Source: Leptogorgia sarmentosa
Taxonomy: Eukaryota
Assembly: GCA_964658305.1 (NCBI GenBank)
Contig: OZ210885.1
Span: forward strand, 18,724,001-18,788,000
DNA length: 64,000 bases
Direction of reading: 5' to 3'
In this document: positions 1 to 13,154 of the stretch, in pieces
Layout of the letters: each line of letters opens with the position of its first letter
Numbering within the stretch: the first letter of the stretch is position 1
Notes under the pieces: generated by a model
Databases searched by the model: none
What the model was told of the DNA's origin: nothing
Seen by the model: only the letters and a program-made list of their open reading frames with translations
Made by a program: the position numbers and the translations under genes

Positions 1-843
1 AGTAGTATAATTTAGCAATGATTACTACTACCGGTTCATTATCTACTAATACCAATTTTCTACCATCACCAATTGTCCACAGTGTACTAGAAATTACATA
101 GTGAAAGTCAGCATTAGAAATTACACAGTAATGAACAGGTTTGGATTTGGAATAAATTACTGTAAAAGAGCATACTTGATTTTTTTTAACTTAAAGTGGT
201 ACAAAATGCTCTTAGCTAATATACTGAATAATGCAACTCACTAATATTCGGCGAGTCAACTCAAAGTCGACTCGCAAGTCGAGTTGAGTCATATCACTGG
301 GTGATCAAGTCGAGTCGGTGGCTTTCCATGAGTCGAGTCAGTGGCTTTGTACTTTGTATACAATTTTATATATTGAAAGCTGATCTGGGTAGGTGCAATT
401 TGCATAGGGCAGTTTAGAAAATTTAATGCTGGGTAAGCTGGATAGAGTATTTCATCTGTAGACTTTATGAATTAGGTTAAGTACATTAGGATATTTTCAT
501 ATCCTTCAAATGCATATTCTTATGGTATGAAATAATTTTATTAAATTTTATGTTTTAGGGGAAAAAAGAAAGTGGACAAAGGTATGTATGGTATAATATC
601 CTATTTATTCTGTTGTACCAAATATTGCCCAATGTGCAGTAATCCAGGAGGTCTTCAGGTTTCGGATTTCACTCCCAGGATTATGGATTCTAAAGCTGAT
701 AAAAGGACGAATTCCAGATTACTTTGCATCGAGTTGACTATTGGCTAGAAAAATTAGGCAAAACAATATTTATAAACAGTACTTTGATGGATTGATTTTA
801 TAAGTAAACTACTAGTCAGAATAAACAATGAAAGACATAAAGG

Positions 844-910
844 AAAAGGTTTACAATATGATTTGCAAAAGGTTTACAATATGATTTGCAAAAGGTTTAC
901 AATATGATTT
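844..910. repeat. 23-bp tandem repeat, about 3 copies
   Basis: AAAAGGTTTACAATATGATTTGC repeated directly. Confidence 0.95.
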
Positions 911-3189
911 TTTGTGTTCTAAGCATGAAGGGGGTTTAAATTTTTTTCTAGTGGCAATACAACCTGCATGAAAAAGTATACTATTCAAATTCAAATTCAG
1001 TTGTCTTTAGAGAGTGTAATGAACAGTTCTGTTAAGTTACTAAAAGAACAATATGTTTACAGACAGCATAATTTTTTACTGGTGGCACATACAGTACATA
1101 TGTACGCAAGTACATGTACACTGTAATAACAGTATTTTCTCCAGTGTGGGAGATTCTCGCATGTTATCATGCGAGAATTATTAAAAACTGCAACATTTTA
1201 CATACAAACTCTGAAATTTTTCAAACTATTGTTACATATAAAATAAATAGTAGAATAGAAAAATCTAATCGTTTTTTATTGTTCTACTTTAACATGCATG
1301 CATGACTACCACATTATACTTTCGGTATTTTTTAAAGCTAGCTTATTCTTAGGTTTCACTATGCAAATTATATCATAAACCTCCGAATATATATAGTTTC
1401 GTAAGCATTTTTTTAGTGGGCTTATACACAGGGGGAGCTTATATACTGGGGGAGGGGGACTTACACATTGACGAAATTTTGTGAAGAGAAAAATTCTTAA
1501 AAAGACAATTTCAAACAGACTGGTTTATGACTTTCAAATTCGAACTACTGTAGCAGTCCTCAATCTTTTGCTTCCAGGCATGCTCAAATTGCGGTCACGA
1601 ACAACCAAATGCTTGTAAAACGTGCAAGAATGTGGAGTGTGGCAAAATCTTTCAAAAGAAATCAAATCTGGATCAATATTGGGAAGACATAGCTAAAAAG
1701 GGAATGGTAAATGTAACCACACAAAAGGAGAAGCTGCAGTACAGAGTACGTGTAATAAATTTACACATAATGTTTTAACCTACAATCAGTATTGTTAATT
1801 ATTTTGGTGGGTTAATGTGTCTTAGTATCAAGTGGAAATCATACATAATTTCCATTTTCTACATTGAGTGAAGTGCCTCAACCACAAAATCACATTTGAT
1901 TTACCCTTACCTATTCGCAGGCATTACCACCCTAATACACAATAATTACGCTTACTCTTGTCAGCTACCTCCGTAGCTTAGTGGTCAGAATAAAGTATTT
2001 ATTAATATGCGACATTATTCCAGATTAATATTACTACGTAATATTGCGTATACTTTGACTTTGCATGTTAATATATTTTGTTCAGAGCACACTATGGCGA
2101 TAAAAATAGTAAAATACCACCATTCGACTCAGCAGCTAAAAATCTATTCATATAACTTATATTTGTTTATATATGTTGCAAAACAAATGATTTATACCCC
2201 AGTTTATTATCACTTGCGATATAAACCTTGCGAAAATATCGCGAATATTGTGTCGAACGATTTAAACTTAAATATTCTGTACCTTTGGTCTAAAATAGCT
2301 TCAAATCCTTACATCTCTTCGTTTTGATGATTAAATGTTCAAAATCTTTGTGAAAAATGAAGACAAGTCTTCGTGAATTACAGAACTCGTTTCTGAAATT
2401 CTGATCTGAAATACAGAATAACTAACAGAAACGGAAGTGGAAAGGTTCTTGTATTTTGACTGTAACCCTTTAGGCTACATTTCCTACATTTTTTCCATAT
2501 TTCAAGAAATTCCCTTATTTTTATTCTTAAGGCAGACATCCTTCACCATCACAAAGGCTATGATGTTCTTGTATTGTACCACAAACGTGGTGAACGCAAG
2601 GGTTTTGACTCATTTGGAACTCCTGGAGCGGCCTGTGCCTCATTTAGTGAAAACTCAAGAGTTGGACACTTTATAAAGGCAGCCTATGAGAAATACATGC
2701 TAAGTATGATACATGCATGCCAGAAAATATTGTAATTTTGAAATAAAATTTAATTTTATTGTTCAATACTTAAGATGTTTAACCCTTGTCCAACTAGAAT
2801 AATTTTGCAGAAACATTTTCTTTCCTTCCTCCATCTGAAACTAAACTATGTATTATAGACGTGTGTATAAGAATTAAATTGGCGTACGTAATATATTTTT
2901 AAACATTGCACAGTAACAGACCAAAATTTTTGTGTGAAGAACAAAATATAACAGTACTCCAATTCATCTCGCGTTGTGATGTACATAAAAATGTAAAATT
3001 CGTAATGTTCCTAGAACTGTAGATTATTGCATTGGTGAAATTTGTGTAGCCAAAAAGTGACTCATTAGATTACTTTTTCTTTTAGCTTACGAGAGTGGCG
3101 TCAGCAAAAGTGACTTAAGTGAGACTAGCTCTTCCACTAACCCAACGAACGCTCCGTCCAATGAACTAAGTAACTCCGTTTCGATACTT

Positions 3190-3675
3190 ACCAATTCTCC
3201 TTCAATCTCTGCTAATTCTTCTCAGATATCTACTAAGCCTTTATTAACAAATTCATCTTCTGCCTCGTCTTCAATCTCAACAAATTCTTCTCCCATTTCT
3301 ACTTGTCCTTCTTCAGCCCCTCCTTCATTCTTAGCTAACTCTCACTCAATCTCGACAAACTCTTCTTCATCCTTAACTTACCCTTCTACTAACCCCTTGT
3401 TAACCACAACTAATCATTCAATCTTAAGTAACTGTCGTTCAATCTCAACTAACCCTCCCTCAATCTTAACTAATACTCATGCGATCTCAACAAGCTCTTC
3501 TTCTATTTCAATTAACTCTACTTCAATTTTAACAATTTCCACTTCGCTCTCTTCAAATCCTTTGCCAGTTTCCACCAAATCTTTTTTAATCTCTCCTAAC
3601 TCACCTGCAATTTCAACTGATTCTACCTCAGTCTCTGCTAGCTCTTTCTCAGTTTCTATTAACTCTTCTTCAATA
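3190..3675 (+). repeat. Degenerate 21-bp coding repeat (S-I-S-T-N-x-x), resuming at 8124-8220
   Basis: Units such as TCAATCTCAACTAACCCTCCC and TCAATCTTAACTAATACTCAT. The same unit continues immediately after the LINE tail. Confidence 0.85.
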
Positions 3676-4374
3676 GCTTAAACTTAATTACCAGCGTGAG
3701 CGGCGCGTGCCGCCGAGCTCCGTAAATTACGTGGGATTTTTGCATCTTTCTTTGGATTTTTAACTGTGTATAAGGTTGTCTATGTGGATAATATACAGTA
3801 GTTTTACTAATATCGCAAAGAGTTGCTGAGTAATTGGTGCTTTTTCGCTGGTATTTGCACTGAATCTGGATTTTTCAGTTATTTTTTCCTGAACGCGCAA
3901 GTGGAGGTCCGTTGGCTGACGAGTAAAATTTGGGCACATCATTGCGCTCACTTGAATTTATTGCGCGCGTGCATCGAATAAAACATTGAATTAGAACAAA
4001 ATATAATTCGAACATTTGAGTGAAAATTCAATATGATTCTAACTAAATTCAGCTACATTACTATATTTCTGTGGATTATTTTTCAACGTAATCAAATTAT
4101 TGGAGAATTACTAAATGCTACTTGTGCAAAATCGAAATTTGTCAATTTGGAGTATCCTAGTTTAGACAACGCGCATGTTATCACTAGTGTTTTGGATATA
4201 CCGGACACAACCGAAATGTTGTATTCTTTTCTGTTACGTCACGTTGTGAAAATTAAATGGCACAGTCAACTGAAAGCTCCTATACGTACATCTCAAGTTA
4301 CCTGGACTAAACATGGACAAATCTATTTGTCGCCCCTGGATTTCCACAAGGACATCGATCTTACTGTCTATGTG

Positions 4375-4398
4375 GATATAGAGCTTAATCCCGGTCCA
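4375..4398 (+). other. 2A-like ribosomal skipping (StopGo) motif DIELNPG|P
   Basis: GAT ATA GAG CTT AAT CCC GGT CCA matches D-[V/I]-E-x-N-P-G-P, just upstream of the APE domain. Confidence 0.85.
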
Positions 4399-4841
4399 GC
4401 TAAGTCTGATAGTAATTTCCAGCCTACGATAAAGCCAATACAGCAAAAACATCGCTAAATGAAGGTAACATTACGATCGCTCACCTAAATATCTGTTCAA
4501 TAAAGAACAAAGAACACTACCTACTGGCAAAGGATTTCATCCTGAAACAGAGATTGGACATTTTCACTATATCAGAAACTTGGTTGGACAACTCTATAAC
4601 TGATTCTGAAATTGAATTTCCAGGATATGATCTATTTAGACTTGACCGTAACAGAAAGAGAGGAGGTGGTGTCTGTGCCTATATCAACCAAAGTTTCAAA
4701 TGTGAGACCGTAAATGAACTATCTTATATCGCGGACTCTGGCTTACATCAGTTATGGCTACAGATACAAGTTGCGAACTTCAGATCATTTTTTGTATGTA
4801 CAGCCTACCGTCCACCTGGTACTAGTTTATCTTGTTTTGAG

Positions 4842-5841
4842 CAGGGGCGGATCCAGACTATTGCAACTGTAGCAAATGCTACAGTCAGATTTTTCCGATG
4901 AAGTCTACTCTTATTTTAATAATCATTTCTGAAATGATTAAGTCATTTCCATTATTTTTAGACCTTATATCTTGTTTTTTGGAACCACTGACTATAAAAT
5001 CGTCGCGTCGATTTCCAGGCATTTCGCAAGTCTATAAAACCCTCGCTCGCCCGCAAATAAACCTGCTTGTCGGGCATTCACCTTTCATTAAGAATTCGGA
5101 TCATTCTAAAGGACATGATGACATTTCGATTATAGCCTGCAATCTAAATCTTGGAGATTTCGCTACAGTCAGCGGTGGTTACTATGAGTTTTGCAACAGT
5201 CAGCGGGGGGAATTTACATCAGTCAGACTGTAGCTAACCAATCAGAATACTGCATTTCTGCTACAGTGGCCATGGCTTGCTACAGTCAGATACAGTTGTG
5301 CAATGTTATGCTGCGCTATGAGCGATGTTTAATAGTCACAGTGAATTCACAGTGTCGAATAGCTCTATCTCTGATATAGCAGTTTATTTGGCAGCCATGG
5401 CGTCTAATTTTTGTTAGACCGTCTTAACTGTACGTTTAATCAGCGAGTTTCATTCGCAGATAAGTTAATGGACAGAAGTTAATGGAAATTAGGGATGTGT
5501 GTGTAAAAGCTTTGTCTGCTGATTTGAAAGCAAAGCGTGGTGTTCAATGTGAAGTGCGCGTTGAATACTATTAATACATAAATGGTTATGATCGATCGTA
5601 TTATTATATCAACAGCTCGTCTGCTGTGCACATGTTGATTAAGTACCCTGTATAAGCCATAATAAAGCTGGACATAGTCATACAAAAGCCTTTGACTAAA
5701 GGCGAATAATATACTTGAATTGCTTACTGCTATACCTCAAATATAGCCAGACTCTGATGCTCAATTTAAAAACGAACCCCCCTAGCTATGCGAGGTCTTC
5801 GAACTTTGCTACAGTCAGATTTTTAGCTGTATCCGCCCCTG
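4842..5841. mobile_element. 1000-bp non-autonomous hAT-like element with 5-bp TSD (hAT5-like)
   Basis: TIRs CAGGGGCGGATCCAG / CTGTATCCGCCCCTG; TTGAG on both sides (4837-4841, 5842-5846); repeated internal GCTACAGTCAG. Excision restores the LINE frame SLSCFE|NDFSET. Confidence 0.88.
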
Positions 5842-8084
5842 TTGAGAATGATTTCAGCGAAACCTTAACGTCAGCTTTGTCCTTTAACAAACCTATTTAC
5901 ATCCTGGGAGATCTCAACTGCAATGTCCTAGATACAAATGACCCGGGACACCGCTCTCTTTTAGATTTCTGCACTTCTTTCAACCTGACACAGTTGGTCG
6001 ATAAACCCACCAGAATAACTGAACATTCCCGTACATTGATTGATGTAATCCTAACCTCTTCAAAGAATAACATCAAGCAAACGAAGGTCATTCCGAATTC
6101 AATAAGCGATCAAGATGTGGTTATGTCAACTCTGACCTTAAAGAAATGTCGTCCAAAGCCAGTCTATGTTTTTATTCGAAGCTTCAAGAAATACAACCCA
6201 GAGGCCTTTTGTAAAGACATATCAAATACTTCATGGTCTGTCATTGACAACTTTGACGATGTCAATGACAGTTTGAATGCTTTTACTGTTTTATTTAATG
6301 GGATTCTTGATCAACATGCACCAGTCAGAAAAGTTAGTCAGAGTTCGTCCAAATCCCTTTGTTACAGAAGAGATTAGAAAGCTGATGAGAACAAGAGATT
6401 GCTGGAGAAAAATAGCTCGAAAAACTGGTGATCCTACTGCGTGGTCTACTTACAGGAACTACAAACGGGATATTAAACGAAAATTACGTCAAGCACAAAG
6501 GTCATATGTGGAGCAGGAAATAAAGAAAAACCCAAACGACACGGGCAATATGTGGAAAGTAATTCGAACATGTATTCCCAAGAAAACTACTGGAAAGAAG
6601 TCATTCAGTAAAGATGATAAATCTGTGGCAAACAACTTTAACGAATTTTTTACAACTGTCATGAAAATCAAATCTCTTGCCAAAGAAAATAATTACACTC
6701 CCTCCAAATTACCATCTGTCCCAACCAGTTACACCGAGTCGGATCAATTTACCTTTGAGCCTGTGGAATGTTCCTTGGTAGAAAATATTGCGAAGTCAAT
6801 GCCTGACAACAAGGCACCAGGAATAGATAAAGTACCTATTCGCGTTATCAAGGACTGTCTTCCCGTTATTGCACCATGGATTACCTTCATCATAAACCAA
6901 TCGTTAGTCAACAATATTTTTCCAAGTGCTTGGAAAACTGCTGAAGTAATTCCCATTCCGAAAGAAGGTGATCATGAGCAAGCCAATAACAACAGACCAA
7001 TTTCCCTCCTACCCGTTCTTTCTAATCTGAGCGAAAGATATCAAGCAGTACGCGTAAATTCTACTCTATCTGAGAAATTGCCAGTGCTTAGTGGTGTCCC
7101 ACAAGGAAGTATCCTCGGTCCGTTGTTGTTCAGTACCTATGTCAATGATCTACCGTCTGTCACTAAAACATGTTCCTCTGAATCGTACGTTGACGATACT
7201 AAACTCCTTCTGTCCTTCCATATCAATGACTCTAATGCTGCTCTGGTTGATCTGAATGAAGACCTAATTAGAATTCGAAACTGGTGTTTTGACAACCTGC
7301 TCTTACTCAACCCAGGCAAGATCAAATTGATGGTTTACGGAAGTCATCAAATGCTTGCAAAGCTACCTGAATTTAGACTCTCACTACTCGGTAAAGAACT
7401 AACACCTGCTGCAACAGTCAAAGATCTGGGAGTTACGTTTGACCCAATCCTCTCCTTCGACAACCATATCCTTTCTATCGTATCGTCCTGCAAATCAAGC
7501 CTCTGTCAGATAAATCGAGCTAAACACGCCTTCAATAAAAATCTTTTAGTAACCGTAATCAATGCTTTGGTTTTTAGCAAGCTGTACTACTGTTCTTCAC
7601 TTTGGTCAAACACTTCCAGCAGTAACCTATCCCGCCTTCAAGGAGTCCAGAATTTCGTAGCACGAGTAGTGACGAATAAAAGAAAGTTCGACCACATCAC
7701 CCCGATTCTAAAGGAAATTCAGTGGCTTCCCGTGAAATTACATCTCTACTATCGTGATGCTCTACTGGCCTTCAAATGCATGAACGATTGTGCCCCCATC
7801 TACTTGTCGTCCCAGTTAATAACCAGAGGTAAAGTGAGCTCTCGCGAGACACGAAATGCACGAAGTCTGGAAGTTCCATTATACAAAACAGCTACCGGAC
7901 AAAGAACATTCCATTACCGAACTGTCACTCTTTGGAACAACATTGGCCCTGACTTAAGTCGGTGCAATTCCATCTCGAACTTTAAATTAAGGCTAAGACA
8001 TCAACTTCTCCAGGAATTCCTGGATAGTTAAGTAGTTAATCAACTAACGTTGTCGATGTTACTGTTGGCGTGTTATCATCACTG

Positions 8085-8123
8085 CTGTTGTTGTTGTTGT
8101 TTTTGTTGTTGTTGTTGTTGTTG
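8085..8123 (+). repeat. (GTT)n microsatellite tail of the LINE
   Basis: GTT/TTG repeats about 55 bp after the RT stop codon. Confidence 0.9.
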
Positions 8124-10458
8124 TCTTCTAATTCACTAGCAATCTCAACTAAATCTTGTGCAATCTCCGCTAATTTTTTTCCAATCTCTACTAACAATGC
8201 TACAATCTCCACTAATTCAAATAAGCAGAAAGTAACAATGCTGAAGATAATAGAAGGTATGCACTAAATGACCCTCGTGAAGATCGTGAAATTAATTAAA
8301 TTCGAAAGTCATTTAAGTGCAAGTCCATGAATTTTAAATCGCACCCTCGTTTCACTCAATTCCCTCAATTTTCACTGAAGAATGCGATTTCGACGGGCAA
8401 CTTTTGAATTTTGTATTGTACTAGCTCAAGTTCCCCTCAAATTTAATAAAAGTATAGTGTCTTTCTAAAGTTGAAAGTTATTATTTCAGATTGTAACTGT
8501 GAAAAATTGTTTCAGTACATTGAATATCCATGCATGATTACACAAGAGTTTAATTATCTTTGGTCTTTTGAGATACTGAAATGCCTGAAAATGCGTCGTG
8601 TAGGAATGTTATAAACGGCGGTTTTAACTTGTAACATTAGTCTAAGTGTAAGTGCGCATATTGGAAACAGGTAGACGGTTGGCAAAACAACTTACCTATA
8701 TGGTATAGTTAAAAAGTCATGGCATACGCTTTGTATATTTTCGTTGGACTGAATACTAGCAGTTATTTACTACCATGGATTTATTATCATGGGGATTTCA
8801 GTATGTAACATCTGACGGGGTTTCATTGGAGATGATCACATAAACTATTGCACATAATCCACAATACTTTCATTAATAGGAACGAAATTTGGCATTAAAG
8901 ATGAGCAAGGCGTGATCAAGGGAATCGGAAAACTGAAAAAGGCGAAGGTGGTTCATGGTCGACCCGTTCCTAATAATTGCCTGGTCATGGAAATTAAAAG
9001 TATCTCCAGCCCGTTAACTGTCCCATTTCCTGGAACGTTCGACGACGAATACGTTTTTGTTGGTAGTTACTATGCCTGGCCAATAAACAGACTTGTCATT
9101 CTACGCAGCTTACGAAAATCGAAATGAAATGTGCATTTTGAAATATGTATACAGCTAATTGCAGTAAAGTTGTCCTCCGAGAAAGCTAAAAGATCAAATC
9201 CAAGCCAATACGAAAAATGTTTGACCTTCAAGACCAGTCACGATATCAAATTGAATAGTTTCAAGACGGGAATAGTTTAAATCTATGATAATTACAGAAT
9301 TTAATAACAACTAATTATATAAATATGGTATAAGTCAGAGTAAAGATCTGGTGTTATGCAAGGTTTGAGTCCCTTGAAAACACTAAAGAATATATTGAAG
9401 TCAATTACATTGTGTATTAACTGTAGAGCATTTCAAATGCAAATTAGCAGTAACTATGGTGATTTCTTTCAGTTGTTGGTAGTAGAAAATCTTTTGTTGT
9501 AAGGCACACTACTAATTCTAAGCAATTACACTCTAAAAACATCAGGGTTAATAATTCAGGGTCAAATGAAAATGACCCAAATTGGGTCAATTTTTCTTCA
9601 TCTAACCCGCTCCCTGGTCAAACACCGTGGTCAAATTCGGATAAATTTAAGATCAATTTTAACCCCGATTCCTGGTTGATGTTTTGAGGAATTGTACGAC
9701 CAGGATTCCGGGTCATTAGAAAACAAGATGGCGGCGCATATAGGAGTGGTAAAAAACTTAATGCAGATGAACAATAAAAACTCTGTTTTGTACATTATTA
9801 AAGGATGTTTTATCATCAGTTGTCGTGCTTAATGAACACGCAAGAAATTGAGGGAGCACGAAAGAGTGTAGCCGCGCTAGGAAGAAAAATTTAAACAAAA
9901 AAAACATTTCCCATGCTTTTTCATGTCCATACTTTCATCAGAAAACGCTATAGTGATGTGAATAAAAAGACAATATGTTTTCACTCCTAAAATTTGCCTA
10001 TACGTATACTTATGTAAACAAATATACTATGGAATTTCGTCAAAAACATAAAAATATTTGATTATTTAGGTCTACAACATAAACACCTTATCTAATACAG
10101 TTAGTGAAAAGGCTTTCCATATGGTTTACCAGTTAATTAGCTTTTTTAATTAGCATTTCTTTTCAATATTTCAATTTTTTAATTTTTAAAAACATTGAAA
10201 TGGCATCCAACACATTCATCAAGCTGTGTTTATAAACATGAATTCTTATTTACAGTAATATTGAATAACTACCAAAACTTTTGTCTTCCCCTTGTAAAAC
10301 TAATGCTTTCATGATTGGAATTAGTAAGTAAAAATTTTATGTACAAGCAAACATAAATACCAAACTAAATAAGAGTATAAGAGCATACTATGGGCTTTTA
10401 AAAATGCTCATATCTTGATTTCACATGCAAGATGACATTTTATTAATAGTGTAGTAAC

Positions 10459-12952
10459 ATGCCAGGGTACATTTGTTCGAAGTGTGGAGAAGTTGCAGCT
10501 GAAACAGCTACTGCATTGGTATGGCATCTGAAGAATAGACATGCCCTACTTGTTGGACGGATGTTTACTTGCCCAATTACTTGTGGCCAGGGTAATTGCA
10601 TGTGGCCATTCCATTACTCCTATGCCTTAATCAGGCACATTCAAAGCACACATGGCATTACTGATGTTGAAAATAAGAATGTTAAACTGGCAGATGATGA
10701 TGATGATGATGACCCTGTTCCAGATGTAAAGCTTGATATTAACCCTGCGGTTGCAGTAGAGCGGCATCCAGAACTGAACCTTGAACAATCTGACGTAACA
10801 AATTCGGCTGCAGTCTTTGTGGCTAAGATGCAAGTGTAAAGCAGTACCGTACAGTCTACCGTAAACCACATGGTGAAAGAAACTTCCAACTTGTTTTCAG
10901 AGGTTATTGGGACACTTAAGCATAAAATGTAAGAATTTTTACAAAGTAAAAACATTGGAGAAGACGATATTGAAAGAGAAGACCTGCTTCAGCTTTTTGA
11001 TCAATTCTAAAATCCATTCGTTCAATTGGGAACGTCCTACCAACAACAGCACTTTGCTCGAAGTGGCTATTTTATTAAACCTCATGAAATTCCGTTATAC
11101 ATCGAATATCATCCCCGCAACAACGCAAACATCGGACATGTGGGTCAAATAGTCAAACACGCTGCTTTTCAATACGTGCCATTGCAGGAACTTTTGAAAG
11201 TCGTTCTAGAAAGCAAGGGGTTCATGAAGACAATTCTCGAACATAGGAAGAGTAATGCCGACATAATGCGAGACTTTCATGATGGATTGTTTTGCAGACA
11301 GCACAGATTCTTTTCGGATCCTAGGAACATTAGTTTGCTGCTGTATATTGATGAATGCGAGATAGCAAACCCACTAGGATCCAAGGCAGGATTGCACAAA
11401 ATTAGTGTGATTTACTGCACAATTCTTAACCTTCCACCCAGATTTCGTTCGTCCCTCTGCAACTGCTTTCTCATTTCATTGTTTAATTCTGGAGACGTCA
11501 AGACCTATGGATACAAGCCGTTCTTGCGTCCTCTTGTGAATGACATTCAATTGCTTGAAAAAGACGGTCTTTCAATTGCTACGGATATATTTACAGGAAC
11601 AGTGAAAGTTAGTATCGCACAGGTTACAGGGGATAATTTGGGCATGAACGGTATTTTGGGGTACGTGGAAAGTTTTATGAGTAATCATTATTGCAGACAT
11701 TGTTTAATGCAAAGAGAAGAAATGCGAGTAGCTCTGATTGAGAATGCTGCACAACGTCGGAATATAACGAATTATGAGAAGGACTTACTAAGCAACAACC
11801 CTACAGCCACTGGCATCAAGTCCCCCTGTTTGTTGAATGAAGTAGAAAACTTTCATGTTTCGACCAATCATGCACTAGATGTGATGCACGACCTGTTAGA
11901 AGGTGTGTGCGGCGTAGAGGTCCATCTCGTACTCGCAGCATTAATGGATGAAGGTTTATTCGATCTCGATTTGCTTAACAGCAGAATAACAAGTTTTGAC
12001 TACTCTTCCGCCGATGCCAAGAACAAACCTTCCCCTATCACCCTTCAGAAGATACAGAATCCTGATGGTGCATCCGGACAGACAGCGGCACAGATGCAGT
12101 GTCTCATACAATACCTTCCTCTCCTGATTGGCGACAAAGTACCTGAAGGACATGAATATTTCGAAGTTATTCTTCTTCTGCTTGAATGTATGGATTTTAT
12201 TTTTGCAATTGAGGTCACTTCCGAGGAGACATTTTTCTTGAAACAGCTCATTTGAAGACCATCACGAGCATTTTTTGGAAATGTTTCCGGAACGATCCTT
12301 AAAGCCCAAGCATCATTTTATGACCCACTACCCATTCCAGATGCGTATGTTGGGTCCACTTGTCCATTTTTGGATGATGCGCTTTGAGGCCAAACATCGT
12401 TTTTTTAAACGACTCGGGCATATTGTTTGCAATTACAAAAACATCCTGAAAACATTATGTCATAGACAACAAATGTTCGTATGTTACAACCGAATGAGTG
12501 GGAAAGATTTATCGGAACGAGATGTCGAAGTGGGTCCAGGAGCATCCGAGCTTGTGGCTTCCCTCGAAAGGTCACAGTTTCTATGCCAAGCATTGAATCT
12601 AAACTTATTTGAGGAAGTGTATGTGGCACGGTGGTGTGTGGTTCACAGAATTAAGTACAGCAAAAACCTCCATGTCATAACTGGAAAGCTAGACGAATCA
12701 ATACCAATTTTCCAGCGAATTATTAACGTCATCGTAATCAACGCTAATACGGTGAAACTCGTAACAGAAGAATGGCATACTGTAAAATACCATCGACACA
12801 CCCACACTTATGCTATTAGAGAATGCTTCACCTCGCCATGGTCTGTTGTTTCAATAGATGAATTACACGACCATTATACATACCATGCATCAAAATCGTA
12901 TGATGCCTCGGACTTCCTTAGCTATGTTGTTATGCACCACAGGGTTCAATGA
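10459..12952 (+). pseudogene. EnSpm-type DDE transposase with N-terminal C2H2 fingers
   Basis: YICSKC...HLKNRH; YIDECEIANPLGSKAG, TGDNLG, CRHC, DVMHDLLEG, KPKHHF, MRFEAKH. In-frame TAA stops near 10837, 10930 and 11008; frameshift near 12252. Confidence 0.9.
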
Positions 12953-13154
12953 CCTTAGCTATATTGTTATGCGCTACAGGGTTCTATGTTTTTGAGGCGC
13001 AGTGCTCTGTTAAGCTTAAATTCAATCACAACCTTACTAAATTTTAGCCATATTGTGCACGAAATACAAATAAATATTGAGCGTGAAAACGAGGTCATTG
13101 GGTAAAATGTGAATAATCGTTAAGGTCTATTGTATTTCTTCTTGCTTTTTTAAG

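Larger units (their letters stand above)
4033..8031 (+). pseudogene. LINE APE-RT polyprotein with N-terminal 2A-like leader
   Basis: ORF pieces 4033-4458, 4554-4841, 5847-6340 and 6277-8031. Frameshifts near 4445 and 6335, a hAT-like insertion, and an in-frame RT deletion near 7020. Confidence 0.88.
3676..8123 (+). mobile_element. CR1/L2-group non-LTR retrotransposon (APE endonuclease + RT), degenerate
   Basis: APE motifs (AHLNICS, ISETWL, GGGVCAY, AYRPP, LGDLN, TLIDVIL, ISD), RT motifs (RPISLLP, SGVPQGSILGP, YVDD, KDLGV), HITPILKEIQWLP tail and (GTT)n 3' end. Joining 3675 to 8124 restores the host frame. Confidence 0.9.
559..9127 (+). pseudogene. Spliced gene interrupted by a LINE: N-terminal double zinc ribbon, Ser/Thr heptad repeats, C-terminal TNP1/EnSpm-like domain; probable transposon accessory gene
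   Basis: Phase-compatible GT-AG exons 559-581, 1578-1745 (ACSNCGHEQPNACKTCKNVECGKIF), 2532-2703 (ADILHHHKGYDVLVLYHK), 3086-3675 plus 8124-8256, and 8880-9127 (VVHGRPVP...VPFP...YYAWPINRLV, stop). No stops once the LINE is removed. The start exon was not identified. Confidence 0.75.

Noticed and set aside
1..30. AGTAGT at the window start as a Polinton terminus
   Set aside because: No similarity to the 48613 terminus beyond six bases and no Polinton genes follow.
246..350. GAGTC/AGTCG repeat cluster
   Set aside because: Probably a MITE remnant, but no termini or TSD could be defined.
3190..3675. Minus-strand ELVEIE coiled-coil reading of the 21-bp repeat
   Set aside because: That frame contains stops and has no splice context, whereas the + frame is open and joins the flanking exons.
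4898..5379. ORFs inside the hAT-like insert
   Set aside because: No transposase motifs; most likely chance ORFs.
8070..8123. Poly-Leu signal peptide in ORF 8070-8267
   Set aside because: It is the translated (GTT)n LINE tail.
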